A stretch of 64,000 nucleotides of DNA. Origin: Glycera tridactyla. Its lineage: Eukaryota. A program made the position numbers and the translations under genes. Location: contig OZ286477.1 of the NCBI GenBank assembly GCA_965644265.1, forward strand, positions 41,292,001 to 41,356,000. Reading direction: 5' to 3'. Below the pieces are notes generated by a model, which saw nothing but the letters and a program-made list of their open reading frames with translations, was not told where the DNA came from and ran no database searches. This document shows, in pieces, positions 1 through 13,520 of this stretch. The first letter of the stretch is position 1. Every line of letters starts with the position of its first letter.

Positions 1-300
1 GACATATCTGCCTCCAGTTTCATAGCAAATATATATAGTGGTTGGCAAAAGTTCCAGTCTACCCTCCCACATACTTGTCATCTTAGTCCCTGACTTCATG
101 GCAGATGTTCGGGTCTGTTGCTCTCAAACATATATGTTGTGTTTTTCTTTCACTCCCACCGCACTCCATTTCAGTGGAAAAATCCAGGTACTGTCAATCA
201 AAGTTTATTCCTATCTTCCTCATCAAATGAAATGTATTTCAGCAGGAGATACTTAGTACGGTCAAATCTACTTTTGGGGTGGGGGCACTATGTGGCCATG
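1..300 (-). pseudogene. Fragment of a fourth copy of the LRP-like segment, extending left of the window
   Basis: 1-290 aligns with 23090-23370 (A) and more weakly with ~51070-51320 (B). Translation FDRTKYLLLKYISFDEEDRN compares with FDSTQYLLLKYKSFDEEDRN in A. Multiple stops. Confidence 0.7.
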
Positions 301-1565
301 TCCACTTCCTAGTGTTACTGTGTATGAAGGCCAACTGAAGAAAACTCGTGTCTGGGTTATTCCCAGCTGGTCATGATCACCCCAGGCACATCAATCAAAT
401 GTAACTGACTTTTACTCTTCAGTTCGATGTCATGATTCAAACTGGATGTCATTATATCCATCATGTTGATCTTACGTCTCTTGTTTGGCACACTTCGGTA
501 CAACATCATGACCCGAGTCCAGGTTGTGTAATCCTTCACGTTATCACACACAGAATAATTGTTATCATAATTCAAACCCATCATAGCTCATTCTCTTGCG
601 AGCTTTGTCTTGTTGTCACACTTACTATAGTTGTCTTCAGCCTGCAATCTGGTAAGCAGCATTCGAGTCAATGTGGCAAAAGTCTACTTTGGGTTTCGTT
701 CGAGTAAAGGACCAGCAAACACTCCCTTTCAGATCAGACCGTCATAGTTTGATCGATCCTTCTTCTGATGGTGCTTCTGCTGTACAATTGTTTGTATGAT
801 ACCCATCACAAAAAACAGACAAATTCATGAGAGGATTCAGCTAGAAAGGGGTAGTGTCAGTGGGTGTGACAGATGGTCAAAAAATAATTGGGCTTAGGTG
901 GCATCACTCTGCATAATTGATTACAGATGACGTTTGATGTCAGCTGTGTGGAACCTTGAAAGCAATTGACTAGAATCAATCTTTCAAAGCAGACATGATG
1001 AGGGAGGTTGATCTTACGTCTCCTGATCGAAGGATGCATTCAGATGATCGTTGCTCACCATATCTGCTTCTTTCTCTCGAGCACCCACATCTGAGGAGAT
1101 GTCGAGATGAATTTGCATATTTCATATTGCTTCTTCTCATATATGACATTTCTGAGAGATTTCTCTCGATTTATGTCAGGTGCTAGTTCAGCCTATGCAA
1201 GCGGACCTAGTGAAGGCTGTTTGCTCCCTAATTATCGGCTTTTTCTATAGAAATGCAGCAGTCATTTAATCATGAGTGTGATGGCCGCTTTATGAGATAA
1301 TATCAGAATGTATTACGACCCCTGATACTAGTTTACAGCAGGAAATAATCACATCCTATGCAATAAAGTACAGAAAATACAGTCGGAGCTTGTTTTGCTG
1401 AATCATGATATTCATGCAGAGAATCAGGATGGGATTAACTACTGAGATTCGCTCTATGTGGATGGCACAATCTCTGTCATGAGCTAATAGCCATATCAGA
1501 TAAAGGCTGGCTTTGACTGGTGGGCCGGCCCATCATGCCTTCAGTGCTGTAATTGAACCGAACTG

Positions 1566-1845
1566 GTATCCCCTGTCAGTTTATTTTCTCTGATTGAAAG
1601 TGATTTAAACAGTGTCTAATTTTGACTCACCACGTTGCATCCATCGAATTACACCTATCAAACTATAAGACAATTGATTACCACTGGGATGGTAATAATC
1701 TCAGCGCATAACCGATAATTTGGATGATACCTCTCGGATAAGGGACTCTGCCATGAAAAAGAGTGAGGAGTAACTAGCCTTGTTCCGGCCAGTATCCCCT
1801 GTCAGTTTATTTTCTCTGATTGAGAATGATTTAGACAGTGTTTAG
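1566..1845. repeat. Direct repeat of ~55 bp spaced 226 bp apart
   Basis: gtatcccctgtcagtttattttctctgattga at 1566 and 1792. Confidence 0.85.
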
Positions 1846-4800
1846 CATGCTTATCGCTCACACTCTTTTACAAGAAAGATCAGGGACAGACACTCCATCT
1901 TCAACATAAACACATATACATGGAGGAATTGCAGATAAACATGTGAAACAAGACATAGGAGAAATGCTGGCAAATACAAACTGTAACTCTAGTATGTGTA
2001 CCGATTCCATAAAGCACAACCATCCTTTGGGACCATGGGAGAGGTGTCTCGAGTGATTCCACAAGTGCCTATCACATGTGTGTCTGGATGGAGCTGATAG
2101 TGGGAAAAAAACCAATGCGTCACACCATTCGGCCAATCTTCCATCTGACCAACAATCCATCCATCCATCCATCCCAACACTCAACCAAATGACTCGCAGT
2201 GTGCATGCCCTGAAAATCCACACCAATATTTTCGTGGCGTTCGTGGGAAAACTTACTTCCTCCATCACAAAAAAAGTTTTCACACAACATGAACATTCAT
2301 TCCTTGTATCTATATGAAATCTGTTCAAACATGAGTTCGAAGGAGAACACTTTTGTTACCAGTTGGTTCCCATATGAGAAGCAAAAGAATATTTAAGGCA
2401 GAGCATGGAGTGAAATCGAAAGGATGTAGAAAAGATGAGCGAAAAAAAGTGGATAGAAGGGATCAAGAGAGTGGGAGGATAACCAGAGAATGTGAGTGGG
2501 TTGAAGAAAAAAAACCGATTGCAAAAAATGTTTAGATGAAAGTTAGGAAGTAGATAAGAATGGAACAAGGTGTGGGAACAGGCAAGAAAGATAGAAAAGA
2601 GAGAGATGAAAGAGAGATAGAGGGAGAGAGGAGAAAGAAAAAGATAGCTTGAAAAAGCAACAGGACAATAATCGGAAAAGAAGATGCGTGGGTGGCCTAT
2701 TGCTTGCTGTCTGCTGTCTTGCCCGATCAACTGTCTTTCGCAGTTGCAGGTTTTAGGTTTGTGAATAAGATAAATCATGCAGCTTTTTTTCACTCTTCAT
2801 CCTTTTTTGACAAAAGGAGGAGTAGCAAACTATAACTTCAGAAAACTGGCTCTCATTGGAGAGTGATTCGGATAATTGGTAGATTTGAGAGATGTTCAGA
2901 AGGTTGTCAGTGTGACTGAGTGTCGGTTGAGATAGCTAGATTGAGCCGACCTTGAAGTAGATTGCAGCTGATGTCAGCTCAAACAATCCACGGCGTCCAC
3001 TCTTCAGATCAACGAAAAGCTCTCACCAATAATGACATCCTCAGTTTCTGAAGGGGATAACCGATCTCTTGTTATTCTTTTATGTGAGTTTGCTGTAATT
3101 CTACAACTTACTTCGAAGTCAGTTTCCATCTAGAGAGATTGCTTGCAGGTTTGATGAGAGACTTCAAAACAAAAGTATATCGTCAGAAATACGATGGTAT
3201 AATCCTCAGAATCAGCAATCCACTGCCAATGACTTTATGACATTACTGAGAACATATAAATGATATCTGACAGTAATTCTGTTGAAATAATGGGATCTAT
3301 GGGAAAAATTCCGTCGAGTTGGAGCATGCTTGTTGTTTGAAGTAAGATGTGTGCTGTACACACTAATTTTGAATGACATCACTTCCAATGATAGCCTGGC
3401 ATGTATACCAACCATTCAAGCGTTTTTGAGCCTTTTTTGGCTGTTTTACTGAAGTAGAAGGTGATGACTACTTCATTTTCGACCAGGATTTCATGGCAGT
3501 GTGTGTGTGTGTTTGTGGGTAAGTGTTGTGTTCGAGTGTGTTTGTGTGTATGTGTGCATAAGTTGGGGGATTGTATTATTGATAAATGAGAGGAAGAAAT
3601 CCGAGGGAGCAGGAGGGGAGGGGCAAAGACGAGAAAGAGGCAAAAAGAGGGAGGGGAGAATGAAGAAGGGAGGAAGCTACCAGAATATGTGTGGGTGGAG
3701 AGTATTGATTGGTAGTGGTGGTAGCTTGGGACAAGGCTGATATCAAGGAGGTTGGGAGGCAGTCTGGAGAGATCACTGGTGGTGAATGGTAGGATCCAGG
3801 AAGGGGCTGTCGGGAGCACATCTTCACAGGATTTGGGTGAGCTGTATCGTTCTTATTCATTCATGGAGATGGTCAGTATATAGAGTAGTGAAATGGTTTG
3901 GTATCAATAGGGGGGGGGGGGACTAAGTGACCACAGGAGGGGTCAACCAGGGGAAATATACATGGGGAACATGGTTCTGGTGATGCAGGTTGTCTATGTA
4001 TATATATGTATGTCCATATTGTAATCGATGTTGTACGAAGCCTATTAAAACCCAGTTGGAATTGATAAGCGAGTCCCCTTATACTGTTCATATACGACCT
4101 GTTATATATCAATAACTGAAATATGTGTGTGTGAGTGTTGTGTTGGTGTGTGTGTTGGTGTGTGAGAACATTGGATTGATATTTCTGAAGACAAATATAA
4201 TAGATATTTGTGATGTGTTAAAAATGGATACAGGTTACCGAATGCTTGCCACTTTTTTATGATGAAGTGTCCCTGATCCAGAATCCTTGATGGTTCTTTA
4301 GGAAAAAGAATGATTGCCGATTGCCGATTGCATTTGGATTTTGACCTCGGCGGACCAACTTATTCCGCTTAAATCAGTTTTGTTGCTGTATCTATCAGTA
4401 ATGTTCGCACCCACGTGATGACATGATGGTTATGTATACTGCAACAGTAAAGAGTCTGTCATCAAGTGACTGATGGACCAGTAGAGAAAACCTACATAGC
4501 AATATCATACTTCTTGAAGGAGAATGAGATCATCGTAAATTTGTCCTAACCTCTGTACTACCTCCTGGAAGTAACATGAGATTACTTCTTCATCAATACT
4601 AGATTCAGTCAGATGTATTGCAGAGGATAGCCAGATTTATGGTTGTCAAAATGAGTAAATGAATTGATTAGTTGTTGTATATATGACTATGCATGAATTG
4701 ATGATAGAGTAATAGACAAACAGACAAAAGGGGTAACAAGACATACTGAGATACTGTCAGACAGACAAACTTACAGACAGACAGACAGTCAAAAAACTGA

Positions 4801-5319
4801 ACGGCATAGAGAAAACAAGACATGCAGACGGTAATTTAACTAAACATGGAACATAAAATAAAGACCGGAAAAATATCAGAAAATGGCGGATAGAACCAAA
4901 ACAAGGTGTGCTATAGAGTTTGATCTTGACTCTCGGTCACATTTGTGGTTGTCATTCAATATTAACAAGACATAGCACAGGCATATACTCGCTAGAATTT
5001 AGGAATAAGTGAGGTAGTTAAGTCAGTTATTCTTGAGTCTAATGCAGATACAGGTAACATACAGGACATGAAATCGAGGAAGAGGCAAGTCGGTAGGTTG
5101 CAACTCGAGGGATGTAGTCAGGTATATAAAATAGGAATCATACACTTAGTTGAAAAGTGTAGAGCATGACAGTAATAGGTAGTAGACCGTTTTTATGAGA
5201 TGAATAAGACATGAATAGACCTATAGGCCAAGATCTGAGTTGTGGAAGTGCGGAAGCGATGAAATGATATAGAACGAATTTCGGCTGGCGAAACGTCTTC
5301 CTAGTGGATGTAGTCGGAA

Positions 5320-5355
5320 CTAGTCGCGACTGCAGCACCGCCGCTGCACGGCGGT
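5320..5355 (-). mobile_element. Helitron-like 3' terminus
   Basis: On the minus strand, a perfect 7 bp GC hairpin accgccg-tgcag-cggcggt (5337-5355), then 13 nt, then CTAG followed by T. Lies in ~4790-5580, which is missing from unit B. 5' TC end not located. Confidence 0.55.
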
Positions 5356-7453
5356 CTTGTTGTCAACTATCAGAGATAAGATTATACATTCGTTAGGGAC
5401 TAAAGGATCATCTACTCGAGAAACATGGAAAGTATGGTGGTTTTAGACGTTAGAATCGCCGCAATTTATCAGGACCCCACTATTCGTTTTCATGTCTTAA
5501 TAATCGAATATTCACGAAAACCTTCAAATATCGCCCATAGTTTGTTGCAGGGCATTTGCGGAATAAACTTTTTCGCTGTGACAGCCAGACACACAGAAAG
5601 TGAGTAAAACACACACACCCACACACACAGACTATCGTACACCCACACACACAAACAGACTTCCTGGCAGACAGACGGACAGACTGACATAGAGACAGGC
5701 CTTTTGAGAGACAGATAGTTATGTGTCATCATTGTTTGTCTTTCATAAACATAGCCTTCGCAAGGCACAAGTAATTGAGATGGTCGGGGGGGCAAAGAAG
5801 GCCATTGATCTGTACACAGTTTTTTCCACAGTGGTGGTTGATTGAGGGTGAGGTCGGCTTATGAGGCAGCTGTATGCTTTCAGGCTAGTCTCATCACTGT
5901 CCAACACATTTCATAAATAAAGATGGCATATGCCTCAGGTCATGCATATTCTCTACATCACCATCTCTCTCCTGCAGGCTGACCATGTCTACATGTGCCT
6001 CTAATCTACTCTCTATTCAAATATGGTCGTAGCTTTGACATTCCTGTAGTCATCTTCATCTAACTTGTAACAAAATTACCAGGAGTTTTACATGAGATAT
6101 CACCGAGGAGTTGCCATTCATGAAATAAGGTGAGATAGATTGGAAAGTGACAAAAAATCCGAAAAAAATTAAAACTACCATATGTCTTGCATATTGTTCT
6201 CGAATCTGTATGACAGAAATTAAAGATCACGATTTATTGGATATTCAGCTGTTTTTTGAGTCTCCGTGACACAAATCATGAACCATCAGGCATGTATGTC
6301 ATGATAAGTTATCTCCTTGGCATAATCATTACGATAAGATATCACAAACTTGGGTGTTTGATCTCTATGACTGAAATCGAGAATCGTACAATATCACCCA
6401 ATCAAATGAATGCAATCATCTGGTCAGACACAAATAATCGTTTTACACAATCATTTGTTCGGTCTCTATGGCAGGTCTCATGAATCATGATTAATATATC
6501 ATACGATTAGTTGTCGGGTTTCCAGGAAGAAGGAAACATTTGTTCAGTCTGAGATGGACAAATGCTGCCCTCTGACAAACAGTTAAGGACAGTTGGCACC
6601 AATGTGCGTATCCTCTAATTCCTGGGCTCCATCGAAGAGATGATCGACCAAATGTACCTTCGGTCATCATTGAGGTAAGAAATATCACTGGTGATGTCAG
6701 AGAGAGCAGGTACGTCATCAATTCTTGACATTTTCACTTCTCATCAACTCCTCGGCACTGATCAGGTGTGAGTCTCCACCTATTACATGTATATTTGTTG
6801 CTACTACTACTTGTCTCACTTGAATGGATGGTATAATTTGGATGTAGTACACTTCAAATGATGGATTTTAATGCTGAGCGGTTCCCGATGACGCCAAAGC
6901 CAGGTTGGCTGGTAACAACGGAAACTGTTGAAAGAATGGTGGGTCATTGGTTTGCAGAGAGGCTCTATAAATGAACTGATTATGTGGATCGAATGAGCAG
7001 ATCAATTCTTTTGAAGTCTGACTCCCAGTAAAGAATATGCTAAAGTGTGCTAGCACCATCACAATGATGGATTTCCTCATCTCTGGGTCACCTCATGCAG
7101 TCTCTATCAAGCATTCAGCTTCGTGTGATCAACCATTCACCAAAACCAATGTGGAAATACGAGTGATAGCATACCATTGATCGTTCATCCCAACATATAA
7201 TTCATTTCGATACCCCCCCCCCCCTCCCCCCTCTACACGACTATATTAGAATTGTATTATTCTGACGGGAGTTATGATTGACGATGTGTATGACCACCAA
7301 AGTCAATCGAGTGTGGATTTTTGGCTGATAGCTGCTCATGTTTGTACATCGGGCACGACCGTGGCAGTCAGAAAAGCATATCAACAAGGACTCCTGAGGG
7401 CCTGAGGGCTTTGCAAGAGCCCACGAGAAACACACTGTGAATATTTGGCAGGA

Positions 7454-7455
<2 letters not shown>

Positions 7456-7523
<68 letters not shown>
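7456..7523. repeat. (AT)n microsatellite
   Basis: Perfect AT run, absent at the matching site in B (~37005). Confidence 0.97.
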
Positions 7524-7526
<3 letters not shown>

Positions 7527-7779
7527 CGAGTCTCACCTTGGACAGGACCAGACACGCTTGGCCACGTCGACAAAGTATATATAAATATATATTTATATAT
7601 GCAATCAGATAATTCAGTGGAATATGTCCTACTGGTGTCTGTGTGGCGATGAACAATGTGATTCTTCTATATTCTTTCATGAGTCCGTTACAGAATGAGG
7701 AAAACCGATCACAGAGAGATTGAGTGAGTGAGTCAGTCAGTCAGTCAGTCAGTCAGACAGTCAGTCAGTCTGTCAGTAA

Positions 7780-7966
7780 CACCCAAAATGGTTATCATGC
7801 TACAGAGGCGAGCACTATTAATAACCATCGACGGAATGGACTTCTCATCCCTGGGTCACAGAGTGATGAGTGAGTTGGTCACACCCCAAGTGGTGACCAT
7901 GCTTCAGAGGCGAGCACTATGGAGAACCATCAATGAAATAGTCCTCTCATCCCTGGGTTGGGTCAC
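7780..7966. repeat. 102 bp tandem duplication, unit A only
   Basis: cagaggcgagcactat...ctcatccctgggt occurs twice (anchors 7780 and 7882). Single copy in B (~37220-37300). Confidence 0.85.
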
Positions 7967-9146
7967 GGAGTCCTTACTGTAGATATCCATAGTGCGTGAT
8001 AGATGAATCAACAAAAAAACGTTGGAATAGGAGTCATGTCATACTATTGATTGCGCACACAATATTTCAATATAATACGCTCTACTCCTCCACTGCTCAC
8101 CATCATGTTATGATTCTATCAATCTGATGGGAGTTGTGATCAACAACTTGTTTGACAATCAGAGTGAATCATAGGTGCATGTCGATTCGACAGTTTCCAA
8201 ATTACCTACATCCAGATATATCAAAATATATCAAGAAGGGCTCCTGAGGGCCTCACGAACAGCCTTGTCGAGCCATGTCGAGCAAGATATATATGCAATC
8301 AAGGATGGGGAGAAGGTATGGTGAATCTACATAAGACACTGCACAAATTGGCTAGTGCTTCACATATAGGATATCAAGCAAATCATCGAGATATGCACCA
8401 CCATTATTCGCAGCTGAGATAAATGATACTGGCATTTTTGATAAGTTCCTCACTCCTCATTCACCCTACTCTACATATCAAAATTCTGACCTAAATGTCA
8501 CTTTCCGTGACTTGAAACATCCATGCTTCCCCTATCTAGTCCATAAAAGATTAAGTAGACATGAAAGTATCGAATCATCCAAAACATATATACGAATGGC
8601 ATGTGCATTTGGGTATGATCATGTGAATATTATGGTTCATTGTCTGGTATTCTCGCAAGTTCACCCTACTCTACATTTTGATCAATTGGCAGACCTCTTC
8701 ACGCCAGAGCTGTCCCCATACCTTGGAAAGTATACAATTGCGAACGCAAAGTTAACAACATTTGCTAAGCAGTCTACAATCACAATTGATGTCTATAGCC
8801 AAGTACCATTTCTTCCAGATGATGGAGTATAGAGGTTACAGTCAGTCACCTCCACAAGAAGATGGTTCCTTGGTGAGAAGTGCAGATCATGAAGATCTAC
8901 GTAATGATGCAGGTCCTGCACTGAATAGTGAACCCTTCTCCATCTATCGGATGAAGAGCCCAGGCTTTTTTTTGTGGACAATGCTGTTAACTTGGAACGG
9001 GAGTAACTGCATCTACCTCGCTCCCATGGTGCTTATATTGTGATGTGGATTTATCGACTCACCACTAGATTTACAAATTGTTCAGAAACTGCCTCATCCA
9101 CTAGACGCCTGAGGCATGAAGGACAAGGGCAGGCCTTGGCTGGACT

Positions 9147-9751
9147 AGTGCATATGTTACGCGCCATCGACCGATCTGCGCGATCGGCCGATAGCGCTGC
9201 GCCAACAGCCGATCGATCGTTGGCGCAGCAATCGGTCGATGGCGCTGCGCTATCGGTGGCCACGAAGGAGATGGTGCGCACATAAAACAATGAGTTTGCC
9301 GTGAATCGTAACTTTGCACTCGTATTTGGAAGGGATAAACACATCAAAAAATTATGAAACTTCGTTCAAATACTCTTATGACTCATACAATTGTAATCCC
9401 GTTTTCGCTTTTGGTGTATGATGAGCATTTGCTGAAATATCCAGCTTCAAAGTGAGAGATCGGCTTATGAAAACCCAAGATGGCGGCGATTGTTTATGTC
9501 CGATATCGCCGATTTTCGGCCAAGATTTAACGATATAAATACATTGAAATCAAGATGTAATACATGCAGTCGATGGGGAATGTTGTTTTCTTCATATCTC
9601 AATGAATATAAAGAATGAAATCTATCAATTGGCTTGTCATCCATCGATTGTTGCGCGATCGATCGATCATGGCGCCAACGATCGATCGGTCGTCGGCGCA
9701 GCGCTATCGGCCGATCGCGCCGATCGGTCGTTGGCGCGTAACACATACACT
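9147..9751. mobile_element. CpG-rich element with ~100 bp inverted arms built of palindromic subrepeats
   Basis: 9147-9245 versus the reverse complement of 9653-9751 (shared core gttacgcgcca.cgaccgatc.gcgcgatcggccgatagcgctgcgcc). AT-rich interior, no TSD found, absent from unit B. Confidence 0.65.
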
Positions 9752-10043
9752 TGAAGAAACTGTGGGGGTGCTGGGTGTATGCAATCTGGTTGATTAGATG
9801 ATGTATCGAGAACTTCTTTTGGGACTCATTGAGATGCCAATGTGATGGGCAATGGTAGGACAATTAGGACCCATTCACGTATAGTAATTAGGACTAGGAC
9901 GAGAAAATTGGCAAACAGCTTTTGCTTCATATCTGAAGTAGCTGTTAACATATGCCATCACCGACCTCACTACATTGAAACAATAGGGATGTGGTGCTGA
10001 ATACAAATGGGGCGAATCATCAGAACTGACAAGAACATTTTCT

Positions 10044-10347
10044 NNNNNNNNNNNNNNNNNNNNNNNNNNNNNNNNNNNNNNNNNNNNNNNNNNNNNNNNN
10101 NNNNNNNNNNNNNNNNNNNNNNNNNNNNNNNNNNNNNNNNNNNNNNNNNNNNNNNNNNNNNNNNNNNNNNNNNNNNNNNNNNNNNNNNNNNNNNNNNNNN
10201 NNNNNNNNNNNNNNNNNNNNNNNNNNNNNNNNNNNNNNNNNNNNNNNNNNNNNNNNNNNNNNNNNNNNNNNNNNNNNNNNNNNNNNNNNNNNNNNNNNNN
10301 NNNNNNNNNNNNNNNNNNNNNNNNNNNNNNNNNNNNNNNNNNNNNNN
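10044..10347. other. Assembly gap (N)
   Basis: N run, followed by GACA-type repeats. Confidence 1.
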
Positions 10348-12559
10348 GATTAACGGACGGACCGACGGACTGATGGACAGACAGACAGACGGACAGACAG
10401 ACAGGCCCTGGATGTCTTTACCAAGTGTCAACACAGCTACAACTTGTCATCTCGAAAAGAGACAGCGGCCAATCAAGAGTGACTGAGATGATCATGATAT
10501 CTTGGTGGATTGCCAGCAGACTCTATCGACACTGATGAGTCAGTGACTCAATTGGGCAACCTGATAGTTCATAACACTATAGCTACCTGACGTGAGCAAC
10601 ACTAATCAGGCGTGATACTGAGGGAATCTGATTATCTCTTGGTGACAACCGGATCACCAATTTGCATCTTTCAAAATTCACAGGTCATATGTAACTTCCT
10701 CGCAGTTGTAAGGAGAAAAAAAGCAGAGTCATTTAGCGAGACAGATGACGATGTCATAGAATCACGACAGATCCTCATTCCATAGTTGAAGAGAACATCC
10801 AACCTTTTTGGCGATACAATCACTGAAACCAGCATATTAAGTACAAAAAGCACCAGCTTCCAAATTACGGTCGTACTGGACCACCACCACCACCCCCCCC
10901 CCCAAAAAAAAAGCAATACCTCACACCATACCCACATATAGCACTCTGGTTCGGGATCGATCATCGGTTACTCAATGTTGTGCAAATTATTGTTGGTATG
11001 ATTGAGTGTTAAAGTGTGCATTGGTGTTTTTTTTCTGCAGGGGGTGCGAATGAAGTATGAATGAACATGAGTGAGTGTGTGTGTGTGTGTGTGTGTGTGC
11101 GTTTGTGTGTGTGTGTGTGTGTCTATGTATCAGCTTATGTTGTACGTACGTAGCTGTTGTTCATCGTTCTATCCTTCTATACTCGTGTAAATCGTACAAA
11201 GTCATACAAGGCTCTTTTGTGAATACTTGATCGGAAGTTCAATTGAAGAGTTCTGACTTTGATTGAATTGAATATGGGTCAGCTTGTGTTGAATGGTTGA
11301 AGTAGGGTACTTGCACAATCAGTTTCCTGTTCACTGCTTCATGTCTTATCAGCACGCTCTCGGTTATACAGAATATTCATATTGGTGGAAAATAATGAAT
11401 TAAACAGACCCAGAGAGATTCACAGTTGGGGCAAAACAACATGAATCATAAAAAATACATATCTTCTTGTCTTGACCCCCCTTCTATATCAAAACTAATC
11501 CTGAATGAATTTGTATCACAGGTCCCCTACACATCATGTATGGACTTTCGTTTCAGGGGTAAGGTTACAAATAACACTCCTGTGGTTTATGGAGATGAAA
11601 ATGTGGGTCAGGGGGTCATGGCTCTTCATGATTGGCTGAAGTAGGATTCATGATTACGTCATAATGAAAGTTGTAAGATTCTTAGAATATGAAGTCGTGT
11701 AAGTCATCCCACATTCCTTAACTCGATTCTGCTGACAATCTATGACTATGTAATAATCAAGATGAACCTGCTCATCAGGTGTAAATGACCGGATAGCATG
11801 AGCCAATCCTAATGAGATCCGCAGGGAGGGATCACTCAGGTTGTTCAGACTGGCAGCAGCACACTCACCTCGCGATCCCCTGAGTGTGAATTCTTGATGG
11901 AGTATTTCATAATGTCGAGGGCACATAACATACTACAAAAGTACATCAAAATCTCGCAGCATATGGAATACTATGAGTTCCATTGGATATTGCATCGAAA
12001 AAGTGACAAACATTCAAACACAGAATGGCTCCACGGCTGTATATGCTCATCAGACGTCCATTCCAACCACATACACAGCCAACAATCTTTTTAATCATCA
12101 TTGAATCCATCAACCGATCGATCAATCAGTTGAACATTGAGTACGTCAGTAAATCATTCCATCAATTGATCAATCTATCGAACAATCAATCGATCAATCA
12201 ATCCTTCATAAATTCATATCTCCATCCATCCATTCATTCATTTATCACACCCTCGCCCCCCCCCCCTCCCCCCGATGGCACATATTTAACACACATCTGG
12301 ATCCAGCCACTCACAGTAATGATGTGATTCTCCTGAGCCCTGACATAACATTATTAGTTCACGCTGCAGCTGGGGTAATCCTGTTTGTTTTCTGAAATGT
12401 CAGCATGTCAGGATTATATCTACTTGTCGGGACTTATAATTGACGATGCATGTGACACAGAGAATAAATCACCACCACATAGAACTGACAGTTGCCTGTG
12501 TTCCCATGCAATTCCCGGTGACATAGATATAAATAGGAAATGGACTGCTTCCTTGCAAT

Positions 12560-13520
12560 CCATTACATCAGCACTGATTCTGAATTGTATATCCCATCAT
12601 TATACATTTTCCGGCAATCTATTTCCATACCTCTATTGTATACCTTCTCGTATAAGTCTTGTGTATACCTCATTTGAATACATCTTTCGTATTCCTCTTC
12701 TGTATACCTCATTCATATACTTTGTTTGTATATAATTGAGGTAAGACTCTTTCTCAGAACTGTATACCACTTTTGTATACCACCACTGTATTCCTCATCC
12801 TGTATCCCTGCCATCCATCACATCTGAAGTGAATCTGAATTGTATATCCTTCATTCATACCTCTATTGAGTATCTCGTCTTGTATTCCTCTTTGGTATTT
12901 TTCTTCTGAGAACCTCATTTTATACCTCTGTCGTAAACCTCTTCTATTCACAAATTCAGTTATCCTTTTTTATATACCTCTTTTGCAAACCTCATTTCTA
13001 CACCTTTTCTGTTTTCCATTTTTGTTTAGCCCGTCTGTCATTCTCTCACATTCCTCTATTGCTTAACTCATCTGTGTTCATATTTCGTCTGACTCTTTTG
13101 AATTGCTTTCTGGTTCATATCTGCGGAATGCCTTTTCTGTATACCTCTTTTTCTTGAAACATTTCACATATTTTCTCGAACATCTTTTGTGAACCTCGTT
13201 GATATACTTCTAATATATATCATTCCTATATACCTCTCCCATACACCTCTATACATACAATGTCTGTATATTTTTTTCTACCTTTTCTCTAAGCCTCTTC
13301 CGTATTCGTGTTCAGTATGCTAGATTGAGATGACTCTCTTGTGTTTCTCTTTTAATCATTTCGCTGTTAGTATTCCACTTCTCTATACATGTGTGATGAA
13401 CCTCTTCTGTTATCCTGTCTATACTTTTCCGTTCACCATGTCTGTATAACTATTTTGTATACATCGTTCGTATATTTTTGGGTATACCTGTTTTCGGTAC
13501 TTCTCTTGCATATTTGGTAA
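12560..13520. repeat. Degenerate pyrimidine-rich (gtatacctc) repeat tract
   Basis: Many tatacctc motifs. A shorter homologous tract lies at ~39580-40080. Confidence 0.65.

Noticed and set aside
6256-6778. tgagtctcc 9 bp direct repeats as the TSD of a ~500 bp insertion
   Set aside because: Comparison with unit B shows gtgacacaaatc after the first repeat is ancestral, so the repeats do not flank the indel.
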